Assembly: GCA_002269645.1 (NCBI GenBank)
Contig: NIVC01000855.1
Coordinates: forward strand, 1 to 33,984
Length of the DNA: 33,984 nucleotides
Origin: Macrostomum lignano
Taxonomy: Eukaryota
Direction: 5' to 3'
A program made the translations under genes and the position numbers. This document shows positions 1-12,000 of this stretch, piece after piece (positions within the stretch are counted from its first letter, which is position 1; every line of letters starts with the position of its first letter). Under the pieces are notes generated by a model. It had not been told where the DNA came from. It made no database searches and saw only the letters and a list, made by a program, of their open reading frames with translations.

Positions 1-3000
1 ACGTATGTGTGGCTTCATCGAACACGGGAGCCACTGTAACGCGTTGCTTCATGTTGTTGTTGACACAGTTAATCTTTATTTCAGGCGTTGTATTCAAGCA
101 GCAGCAGGTTCTGGTTCCTGCTGGCTTGCTAACCATGTGACAACTGCAGGTGTGCTTGTTCAAAACATTAACGACTTTTGTTACTGTTTGCTGGCACGTG
201 GTCCTGTTGCAAACTCCGTATGTAACAGGCGTTTCAGGCAGACGACAAACTGAAAATTTAAATCAAAATTATTTCACTATAAATCTACTTGCGAACTTTT
301 ATTAACAAATAAAAGAACTCTTAACTGTACCTGGTCGTGGCAGGTATTTGACTTTAGTGTGCCGCACGCACTTGTGCCCTGACAACTTTTTCTTACTAAT
401 ATGTCTAACCCAACGACCAGTAGACTGCTGGCAGAGCTTTTTCACGCGGGTCCCTCCGTGACAGCAGCAGGACCTAAAGTGGTCAGTTTTGTATAATCGG
501 CGGCGGCATCGGCAGCCAATGCTGCGGAATTTCGTCACCATCTTCCTACTACGGCACCGGTGGCAGCGAGACCAGTGCACGCGTTTCTTTTGCGGACAGC
601 GAACTCGCTCGGTGCGATGCGTCACATGTCTGCGACAAGTTTTCGAGCATTTCTTTATCCGCAGAGAGTGAATAACGACTGTAAATTTCCAGATCTTCCC
701 TTTGATGCAAGTCCGGCTAAGCTTGTGCTTTGGGCATCCTGTGGATAGTTGGACAAATATTGAGTTTTAAAGCATACGTGAATACGATAAGTGGCAAACA
801 GAAAAAGTTCTAAACCTACCGCAGCATCGGCACGTCTTCTGATGCACTAATTGAAGTTGGCAGCGACAATTTTTCGGATTCACTTTCCATTTATAAGTAA
901 GAATTTTTCGAAAGCACGTGTTCTCGTCGCATTTAGTGGATCGAACGACCGGCGGCTTGCGGCAAACTAGAAGTATTTATGTTAAAATTGTTATTATTTT
1001 GTTTAGATGAGGACAGAAGTTCAAAATAAAAATATTGACCTATGCTGAACGTTTCGAGGATTTGTCTCTCTCGCATTCGCCCTCCACCAATCGATAACTG
1101 AATCTTTTAACAAGCCTCTTTCCGTTGACGCACTTCTTCACCTCCTTGGGCTTTGGGCAGCGACACTTTCGGTGGTGGCGCTTCACCTTAACAGTAACAC
1201 AGCGGCGCTTCTTTGTACTGAACTTTCGGTAAACAATTCTTGTAACTGCAACACTCCGTCTATCGTTGCACTTTTTCCGACGAATAACAACGGGGCAGTC
1301 TGAAGAGTTATTCGTTTTTTATGGTTTTAGGCCTCTAATAACATGATTTACAAAGTGAAAACATGCTTTGTAGTTTTTAAACTCACGGCAGTTGACTAGT
1401 TTCTTTTCGATCTTTTTTCGACAGCGGCAGTTGTGCCGGTCGCGGACATAACGAGTGCGACGATACTGCATATGACCGTGGATGCAGGCGCCGTGGCTCG
1501 AATGGATGTGATGTTTGCATGCTAAAGAGTAGCAGATTTAGGAACATTTAGTATATAAATATTTCAAAATTGAGAAATCGAGCATTTATAAACAACTATA
1601 AAATCAATAAAACTCGCATCAAGCTGCACTTACGAACTGGAATCGATTTTCGTACGAGTCTAGTGTGACACGCATCCATCTCGAAGTTCCATTTATGAAT
1701 CAGCATTCGAACAACAATGCAGCCATGCCGATGGTCGCAGTACCGGCCGAGCACCTTGGGACCGCGGCAAGTGCACTTCCTGTAAGACACCTTGAGCTTT
1801 GGACCGCGGCATTTGCAGTTGCGCATATGATACACCAATTTCTCTAGGCGCTGCTTGCCAGTTTCGTGGTCGCAGGGCAGTCGTCGAAGCCGAGGTCCTG
1901 GACAGTCTGGTTCCACCCGCTTGTTAGTGGCGACCCATCTGCGCACGCAGTGATCGCCGTCAAAGTTCCACTTCAGGCGGTAGACAACTAGTTCGTTTGT
2001 GTGCTTATTGCAGCGGCGTCGGGTCCGAAGGCTCTTACCGCGGTTTCTGTGCTCGCAGTCTGTTGCAATTAAAGAATAGAGAGAGCTGGTTAAAACTATC
2101 AAAATATCGACTGAGTGAAAATTGAAATTTCCAAAATCCAACACCGAAACTTACAACAAAAGTATCATGATGCCAGAGTATCATAAAGCACCCTAATATA
2201 ATATTTTGCTTTTTCACACTTTACAGTTCCCAATTTCTCTACTTACAGCTATTGCAGGATCCGATAACTCTCTTCCTGTATCTTGTGTGGCATTTGCAGT
2301 GTCGCCTTTCAAGCCAGTTAATAAGCAGGATCAGCTTTCCGTTGACACATTTCTTAACCTTCTTCCTCTTGCCGTGACCTGTGCAGGGCGGGGTCTCAAC
2401 TCTGTGTTTGAACTCATGGGGTGCGCAGCGGCCCTCCTCGTCTCGCTTGAATAGAGTCACGACATTGTACAAGCGGTTGGCGTGGCAGTGGAGTCTAACG
2501 GACGGGCGTTGATCACACACTAAAAGATGCCATGTTTAAAAACATTAAAAAGGCCTTGGAAGTTAGCTAAGATTGACTCTGAAGTTTAAGACAGATAAAA
2601 CCGCTAAAATCTTTTGTATAAAATATTGTTTGTTTTTTGTCCTGTAAGTAACATAAGTAGAGCTCTTCCGAAAAGCAGAGTTAAAAAGCTGCCATACTCT
2701 ATAGCGAGAGTTCTTTACTGCTGAAGCGACATTTCCCCGAATAGCATTCGAAGCAACTTACCCTCTCCTTCACACCGGTATCTCTTCTCAGAGACCTTCT
2801 TTTTGCAGTGGCATTCGCCGTCCACATAGAAGTTAATGCGCCTTATTATGACAGCTGGATTCTCTCTAAAGCAAAAATTCCGGCGCTCAATGCGCGGCTC
2901 CGGACAGTCAACTGGCAGTCGGCGAATTCGCTTCACTGGTAGGCAGTGGCAGGAATGCATCTTGTAAAATCGCTTGATGAGCACCCGTTCGCCTGTGGCT

Positions 3001-6000
3001 CCGTCGCACCTGACAAATTTGGAGGGCGGAGGGCACCGAGCCGGGCAGCTGGTTCGCCTCTCGCGCCAAATGCAGCGGCAGTTGCGCACAACGCGCCGCT
3101 TCACTATGATAACGTCTCCGTGACGCATTCGGCGCACGTCAGTGAGATCGCAGTGTCGAGTAACGTCTTTGCGAACGACGTGCTTCTTGATTTTGCAGGC
3201 CTGTTTTTAATTAGGAAATACAGGGCGCCTTTGCGATCACTGAAAGGCTACGCTGCTAATCTTCCTGGTGTTTTCTAACTTATATAGCCACTATCTGTAC
3301 TATATAAAACGAAAAGAAGCCGATTTTGTGCTAACTCACGTTGGCCACTAGCTGGACGTGATATTTTAGAATAGCCAAAATTTTCCCGTTCTCGCAAACT
3401 GGCGGCTTATTACGCGGCTTCTCGCAGCAGCAGGGCAGATCCTGCTGGTCTCTCTCCTCGGGATGGCATTTGCCATCTTCCAGGTGGTATTCAACCACCG
3501 CTCGTGTCCGATAGCAATGTTCGGGACAGCTGCGGCTGGTGGTGGGACAGCCAGACGGGCACTTTGACACGCGCACTTGAGGCTCGCGGCAGCCACAGGC
3601 GACCAGCTTTGACCGCTTAATGTGTTTACACTTGCAATCTCCACGAATTCGCTTCCACAGCTCGTAGTACACGCGCCGGTACTTGACGACGTCGTCCTCC
3701 TTCAACAGGCGGCACGGACCTCGGCGAATCACTCGCATCTTCTTGCAAACTAAGTTCAGGTAATGGAGATGATGATTATTGATTTGCTGCTCGAAAGCTA
3801 GTAATGAAAGAATGGTCCTATGTTAATCCAAAGCTGCATTCAAAACAACTTTCGTCAATTTAAACTATTGATCTAGAATGTCCCTGAAACCAAAGTGCCG
3901 TCTCATATTTACATTAGAAAAGAAAACCCGAAACGATACGATAGACTGCACTCACCTGTAGGCTCTGTCTTTACTTGTCGAACCTCTTCGCAGGTTCCAT
4001 CGACCAGCTTGAAGACCAGTTTGCCTACGGTTATCATGCCAGTCTCACCGTCGCACTCTTTAATCGGCCTTGATGGCGGACAGCCGCAGCGCTCAGAAAT
4101 CTCTCGAGTGTCTTCCTGGCATTCGTAGTTGTCCAGCGTGTAATGGGTGATTAAAATGCGCCTATGCTGGCCTATGCACTCGCCGCGTACCTTCTTCGGT
4201 TTAGGGCAGCCTGCAAAATAGAAAGATTTAAACCAAAGTAAGATACAATAAGCCATAGTGTTTTATTACAGTGCAGGTAAGTACGAGAGTAGCAGTAAGA
4301 ATTCTAAAAGGCTCACAGCATCGTCCAGCTTCAACTGTCTTCTTTTTTCGAATACAACGGCAATGACGCCGCTCGTACCAGGAATGCAACTTATATCGAT
4401 TGCAGCTCTTGCATTTGTACTTGACGTGATGCCGCCTTGGACACGGCACGCGGTGCTTGTGCGGCTTCACAATCGGCACGCAGCGGCCATGAACGAGACT
4501 GAAAGCTACAAACCAGCGCAGTTTTGCGCGGTTGCGATGGCAAATTGTTGGCGTCCAGTGCGGCTTCGGGCAGACGCACATTTCCTCATACTGCTCCGTG
4601 ATCAGGTCGCATTGGCAGTTGCGCACAATTCCGCGCGTCACTGTCACTGGCCGTCGCTTGGTGACAACTTGGTCGCACTCACCGCGCTTAACAACCTTTG
4701 TGCAGGTGACGTTGCGCAGTCGGGTCTCCGTGACTGTGGTGTTGCAGGTGGCGCAGTCAGCGGAGGGTGCTGATACGGTGTTGATGACGTATAGTTCAGA
4801 GTTGCGGTAGCACACAGTCCTGTTGGTGTTCGTTTGGCACTCGCAGCCGGGACTCCTGGTGGTCATGTTTGAGTTCACCTCAATGCAGCGCATCTCGCCT
4901 GTGGTCTCGCGAACTGTTCGCACAATCCTGGTCACCTGCTCCTGAGTGCAGTAGTTGCAGGACCGAGTGTCCACCCGCTGCTGCTGTTCCTGGCAGTCGC
5001 CGCAGGGTTCGTAGACGCTGCTGGACTGGCTGCGCTGGCAGCGCCCATTGCTGTCCGGAGCGTAGCAGTACGTGACGACCCGGCGGTTTTTGTTCTGCGA
5101 GTCGCATGGGCCGCGGACGGTTTTGCAGGGCGGACATTCTGGAATTGTGGAATTCCAGATATTTATATTTAAGTTCCTATCTATAAAATTTTAAAAGTTA
5201 TTAAAACTTTTTTGAAGCTGCAACAATCGCCTCTGGGTCTCTACAAGCAGACCCAGAAAGAAAACAATTTCTGCCTGCAGATATTAGCATCCTCATTCTA
5301 CTGTAACGACTCCAGACTGCCTCCGGCTCTAAATTATTTAATAAAAAGGAATGAATTCAAATCCAAAAATTACAGGAAAACGTAAAAAATCACAAATCGT
5401 GCACGGCGGACGTGTGCATGGCGAGCAAGAGAGAAAAGGGGTGGCGCCCCAGCCTCCAGCCAGGCCCATAAACAGTTTGGCTTGTGTCTGACCTTGACCT
5501 CTCTTCTTACTGCTCTCTCATTGGCTAAGCCAGATTGGGCCTGCCCCTAGGCTGAGTTTCGTCCGTCTTGCGTTCACCTGTGTACATCGCTGGCTTGCTC
5601 ATTCTTTACCCACCTGCTCATGAGGCGGCAAACCCCGTGGAAGGAAAGGTAATTTTAGCTTCAAATTTAAGTGACACTGCACGGACAGACTACTGAAAAA
5701 AAGAGGAGACGCTCTGCTTTTCCAAGTACAAAATCTAGCTGATTCTATGATCTGTGATTAAGATTAAACCTGGTTTTGAAACCTACCGCAGTCACTCGGA
5801 TTGCAAGTCAGCTGGCACATCTGCTTGTAGAAGCTGTCGCCGCACCTGCCCTGCGACTTGATCGTTTGGCATGTCGTCTTGCTGATCTGGTCCTGGCACG
5901 GCGCCTGGCACTGGTCGCAGGTGAGCTTGCAGTAGCGACGCATCTGCAGCGGGTACTTGTCGCAGTAGCCCTGCGCCTTCCACGCCTCGCAGACTGTCCG

Positions 6001-9000
6001 GTTTTGCCGGTCGATGCACAGGTTGGAGATGCACTCGCACTCATTGGGTAGCACGCAGTTGCTTCCATCCAGCACGAAGCCCGGCTTGCACTGGCAACCT
6101 GGCAGCGGCGACTGGCCGTTCACGTTCCTTGATCTGAAGCCGAATGGCGTCACGCAGCCCAGCGACTGGCTGTTAAAGAAGTGACGCGCGCAGGTCCTCG
6201 GGCAAAAGTCAGCATCGTCAACGAATTCAGCATTGTGACCGCAGGATTTTGCTGCGAAAGATTCGGATTTCTTTCAGGGATCTTGAAAATTGGGATGAAA
6301 AAATGCGAGTATTGGTTCTAAAATATGCTTACGACAGAAGTTAGACGACCGGAATATCGGATAACGGCTTCGGTGGGTGCCGTTCTGCTGCTGCAAGTAG
6401 CAACGGAAGGCTGCAGCCTCGAGGGTGCTGCACACAAGCGAGCGTTGCCACATTTTGTTCGCTGCGAAATTAATCAAGATTGGTGATATCGCCTTATTGC
6501 CTAGTAACCGAGCGCCCTCAAGAAGTATTTTTGATTCTAAATATACCTTGAAAAGTAAAAACTAGGAGCGCAGTTCGAAATTATCAAACTCGGATTCCTA
6601 CAAAATCTACTTTCATACTCAAGACAAACATCAATAAAATGTTGCCAATTACCTTTGGCTCGGCAGTAGAGCGAGATGCAGGCCCTGAACAGCGGCTGCA
6701 TGGCTGTCTGGCCGCAGTGAGCAAAGGGCGACATGGCGTCCGCCGTCAGGTGGCCGCAGTTGGACACGGAAGCCGCCTCCATGCTGGCGTTGGTGCCGCA
6801 AGCTGGCGCTGTGTCTGGCAGCGAGCAGCAGTCTGCTGTTGAGCAGGTCGTCAACTGGAGAGAGAAAGTTAGAAAGAAATTGAGGCCAATTGATTTCACA
6901 GTTTATTCAAAGCTCACAAAAAGAACCACCACCTACATAGTGGCGGTTAGACCGAAATCTTATGATTATGATACGATACTGTTTCATTATCAGCAGCGCA
7001 CACTCTTAAACACTCTCAGGCTCAGTACATCGCGCGACCAAGACCCACCTCTTCCCCCTCTCCCCTCTCCCACCGACCCCAGCCCAGGCAAGTCTCACCC
7101 GGAAGCTGTTCCCGAGAGCCGCGCTTGGATTTGCCTGCTGCGACACGTCCTGGCCGCTGCTATTCGTGAAGTCATCACCCGGGCTGCCGTTGCAGTTGCC
7201 CAGGATGCCGCGAAGGCCGCCGGCCCCGGAGCGCACATTGATGGTGGCGGCCGAGCCGCGCATCTGCACGTACAGGTCGCCGGCCGCAAACACCAGCGCG
7301 TCGTCGCTGTAGATCGCCTCGACTCCGCTGGCCGCGTCCGAGTAGGGCAGCGGCTGCGCCACGGCGCCCACCTGTGGCAACGGGGTTGGGGGATCTCTTG
7401 AGATTCTAGTGAATGCGGATCAGTGCTTTGCTTTATCCGGGGGAAGGGAAGAGTTGAGTAATATTGGCTGGAGACTAGGAGGATTCAATTGGGACTTCGA
7501 GGGTCTCAAATGGCATGGGAATCGAGATTAGGAAGTGAATCTGGTTTGAGGAATGAAGCTCTAAGAGGGGACCAAGTTTTGGATGGGGAGTCTGAATGGG
7601 GATCAGGGTGGGGAAGTGGGATCTGAATGGGGATCAAGTTGGGGAAGTGGGGCCTGAATGCGGATTAGGGGTGGGGAAGTGGGGTCTGAATGGTTATCAG
7701 GGTGGGGATGCGGGACCTCAAAGGGGGTGCGGCTGGGGAAGAGAGGATTCGAATAGGATTAGTATTAAAGAAAGCTGTCTATCGAACTCGCTATAGTGAT
7801 AACTAGTCTGTTTCAGGAAGCCAACCAACCTTAAAGACGAGGTTGTTCGCGAGCTCGTAGCTCCTGTTGCCCATCACGATGACGATGGCGTCAAGCTGGG
7901 TGAGCTGCGGCAGACTGGGGAATTTGATGGCGTGCCGGACTCGCACCTGGAAGTGGCCTTGCCTCTCGCTCAGCAGATACTCGCAGGGCCCCGGAAAGTC
8001 AATCAGCTGGCCGTCGTAGGTGAGAAACTGGCCGCCGCTCAGAGCGCTGCCGATGCACTCTGCTCAGGGCGGGTCACGGATGCGGCTTGCATGGCGCACC
8101 TGACTCTGACTCCAACTCTCGGTCACTCTCTAACACTGAGTCACTTCCTGAATCTCGGTCACTCTCTGCCACTGAGTCCCTTCCTGAATCTCGGTCACTC
8201 AAAGCTACTGAGTCACTTCCTGAATCTCGGTCACTCTCTGCCACTGAGTCACTTCCTGAATCTCGGTCACTCAATGCTACTGAGTCACTTCCTGAATCTC
8301 GGTCACTCTCTGCCACTGAGTCACTTCCTGAATCTCGGTCACTCTCTGCTACTGAGTCACTTCCTGAATCTCGGTCACTCAATGCTACTGAGTCACTTCC
8401 TGAATCTCGGTCACTCTCTGCCACTGAGTCACTTCCTGAATCTCGGTCACTCTCTGCCACTGAGTCAATTCCTGAATCTCGGTCACTCTATGCTACTGAG
8501 TCACTTCTTGAATCTCGGTCACTCAATGCTACTGAGTCACTTCCTGAATCTCGGTCACTCTCTGCCACTGAGTCACTTCCTGAATCTCGGTCACTCTATG
8601 CTACTGAGTCACTTCTTGAATCTCGGTCACTCTCTGCCACTGAGTCAATTCCTGAATCTCGGTCACTCAATGCTACTGAGTCACTTCTTGAATCTCGGTC
8701 ACTCAATGCTACTGAGTCACTTCCTGAATCTCGGTCATTCAATGCTACTGAGTCACTTCCTGAATCTCGGTCACTCAATGCTACTGAGTCACTTCCTGAA
8801 TCTCGGTCACTCTCTGCCACTGAGTCACTTCCTGAATCTCGGTCACTCTCTGCCACTGAGTCACTTCCTGAATCTCGGTCACTCTCTGCCACTGAGTCAA
8901 TTCCTGAATCTCGGTCACTCTATGCTACTGAGTCACTTCCTGAATCTCGGTCACTCTATGCTACTGAGTCACTTCTTGAATCTCGGTCACTCAATGCTAC

Positions 9001-12000
9001 TGAGTCACTTCCTGAATCTCGGTCACTCTATGCTACTGAGTCACTTCTTGAATCTCGGTCACTCAATGCTACTGAGTCACTTCCTGAATCTCGGTCATTC
9101 AATGCTACTGAGTCACTTCTTGAATCTCGGTCATTCAATGCTACTGAGTCACTTCCTGAATCCCTTATTTTAAAAGCAAACTGCAAAAGTCACTCACGGT
9201 ACTCGGATTGAAGTCGGCAAGGCCGTTGAAAAGTTTTCAGGCTCTTGTAGCACCGGCCGCCCCTCAGCCTGTAGAGGGTCACCGTCACCTGCTGATAGCC
9301 GCGGACGCATGGCCCGAACTGCCTGCTGCCGCTGCCTTGGCAGGCTGGCGAGTTCGAAATTATTGATTTCAATTATTCATACTCATCTTTGTAAGTCGCT
9401 TAGCACATGGAGTGAAAGTCAGTGAGTTAGCGCAAAGTCATCACAAGCTATAGCCCAACTGTCAGGATGACCTCCCCGCCCAACTGTCAGGATGACCTTC
9501 CCGCCCTACTGTCAGGATGACCTCTCCTCCCTACTGTCAGGATGACCTCCCCTTCCATCTGTCAGGATGACCTCCCCTCCCAACTGTCAGGATGACCTCC
9601 CCTCCCAACTGTCAGGATGACCTTCCCGCCCTACTGTCAGGATGACCTCTCCTCCCTACTGTCAGGATGACCTCCCCTTCCATCTGTCAGGATGACCTCC
9701 CCTCCCAACTGTCAGGATGACCTCCCCTCCCAACTGTCAGGATGACCTCCCCTCCCAACTGTCAGGATGACCTCCCCTCCCAACTGTCAGGATGACCTCC
9801 CCTCCCAACTGTCAGGATGACCTCTCCTCCCTACTGTCAGGATGACCTCCCCTTCCATCTGTCAGGATGACCTCCCCTCCCAACTGTCAGGATGACCTCT
9901 CCTTCCTACTGTCAGGATGACCTCCCCTTCCATTGTCAGAATGACCTCCCCTCCCAACTGTCAGGATGACCTCCCCTCCCAACTGTCAGGATGACCTCCC
10001 CTCCCAACTGTCAGGATGACCTCCCCTCCCAACTGTCAGGATGACCTCCCCTCCCAACTGTCAGGATGACCTCCCCTCCCAACTGTCAGGATGACCTCCC
10101 CTCCCAACTGTCAGGATGACCTCCCCTCCCAACTGTCAGGATGACCTCCCCTCCCAACTGTCAGGATGACCTCCCAAACTTCTGATCGTCTGACCCCCGA
10201 TCTCTGATCAGGAGGCAGCTCCCATTTCCTACCTGAGCAATTCTCTTTCCGCATGTTGAAAACGTGGTGACAGTAGGTGTCGTTGATCCTGGTGAAGGTG
10301 GTCACCACGACAGTGCGCTGGCGGTTAATGCAGGGTCCGTAGCGGGTGAGCGGGGAGCGGTCGCCGCAGCTCTCGCAGCCATTGGTCTTGAAGATGTCGT
10401 TGGGATTCGTGCAGTTGCATCTGATGGCTGTGAATGTAGAGTGGTTGAGATCAAGCCCCTGGCCATGGGTTTTTTGGTGGAGGTTGCAAAATCAAGAATC
10501 CTAGACGTTAGTACTGATTTTTTTGGCAATGAAGGGACTTATTTTGGCGCCTGAAGAGAAGTTCTAGATTTTCATAACAGGTCACGAGGTGGTGCCGGGG
10601 CGAAAGCATAGACATGCCCCCCATAGCTTTAATCGGGGGGGGGGGCATGTCCTTCCGCTGGTGATGCCCCTGGTGGAGATAGGGCGCATTCAGTGTCACT
10701 GTGACGAGACTTCAGATCTGCTGAAGAGATACATATGTTGCAATTTATGTATACTATGAAATACTGTGAGGTACGGCGCAGTTTCATCGAAAACAATGCC
10801 TTTGAAGCGAGTAGCATCACCGAGATATCAATAACTAGAAACATCAAGAAACCCACATGTGACATACTAAAAGTGGGGGTTGAACCTCGGCTTGTTTGCC
10901 TTGGTCAATGGGCCCCTCTGCCAGCATTCCATGTGCACAGACTTTTCTTTCTTTTATGCTGTCTTCTTTTAAGGCGGCATCTTTCCGGGTATGAGAGAGA
11001 TTTTACAACCTAAATTTTACACGTCTACTTTTCTCAGTATAGTCTAAATAGAACGTCACACCACCCAATCCATCCCATTCTATGCTAGAACCCAATAGAG
11101 AAGACTCGAATTTGGTATCTCAGTGTTTCTAGTCAGGTAAGCCGACAAGAAATCGTTTCGATGTAGTTGGACCCAGAGCGCAAAGTTCGGGCTCCATTTT
11201 GTGCTCAATTCACATCCAATTTGATGTTAAATAAATAATTTTAAGAGTATGAAGACCGCGAGTTATTTAGCGTTTCTCAACTCACTGTTATTGGTGCCGT
11301 TAACGCACACGGACCCCGGCGGACACACAAAGGACTCGCAGCCGGTGGCCCTGCCGCAGGCCTCAGTCTGGGTGGTCACGGACTCCGTACAGTCGCTGTT
11401 GTTGTCAGGCCGGGAGTACACAAAGGTGGAGATTCGAATGAATCCGTTGACGCATTCGCTTCGCTCAACTCGATTTGGAGGGCAATCTGATGGCGATGAG
11501 AGTTAGCTGGTGACTTATGCGAATATTTTGGCACTTTTGACCTGAGAGCCACTCCCAGTCCCCTAATTCTGTCTGTTTAAGCATGTCAGCCACTACTTAG
11601 AAGTGCTGTGCATTTAGCTGTCATCAGCAGCGTCTCACAGAGTTCGCCAATTCTAACCTACAATAATTTCACACCCCTTCGAGTAAGCGCGAGCATAAAT
11701 GTGCGTGTGGATGCATAAGCACGACTCGTGCAGGCTGCATGCAGTGGCTCTGACTTGCTCCTGGCCTTCTAGATTTCGTGGGCTTTGCTCAAGGCGCAAG
11801 AAAACGATGCAAAACGGCTTTGCTACAGCCCCTTTACAATGTAGTACAATCCACGATCATCCATAAGAACACTTTAAAATTGAACTGTTGTTAAAAAGCA
11901 ATAAAAAGAGGGCTTACCACACGGCTCGAACGAAATCGCTAACTTTCTGATGCAATTGTGCGGCAACTCCTCCGATCGATTGTAAAAGAAGCGCTGCACC

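Noticed and set aside
6733-7401. 222-aa + strand ORF
   Set aside because: Antisense to the VWD/C8 exons and crossing an intron; no independent coding signal.
7932-9211. Long + strand ORFs (413 aa HFLNLGHS repeats; 374 aa ESRSLSAT repeats) and Ser-Asp-like minus-strand ORFs
   Set aside because: Read-through of the 36-bp intronic minisatellite; the minus frame has TAG stops in variant units and the flanking exons splice cleanly around it.
8116-10176. Regular repeat arrays superficially like CRISPR
   Set aside because: Units are contiguous with no unique spacers, there are no cas genes, and the context is eukaryotic intron.
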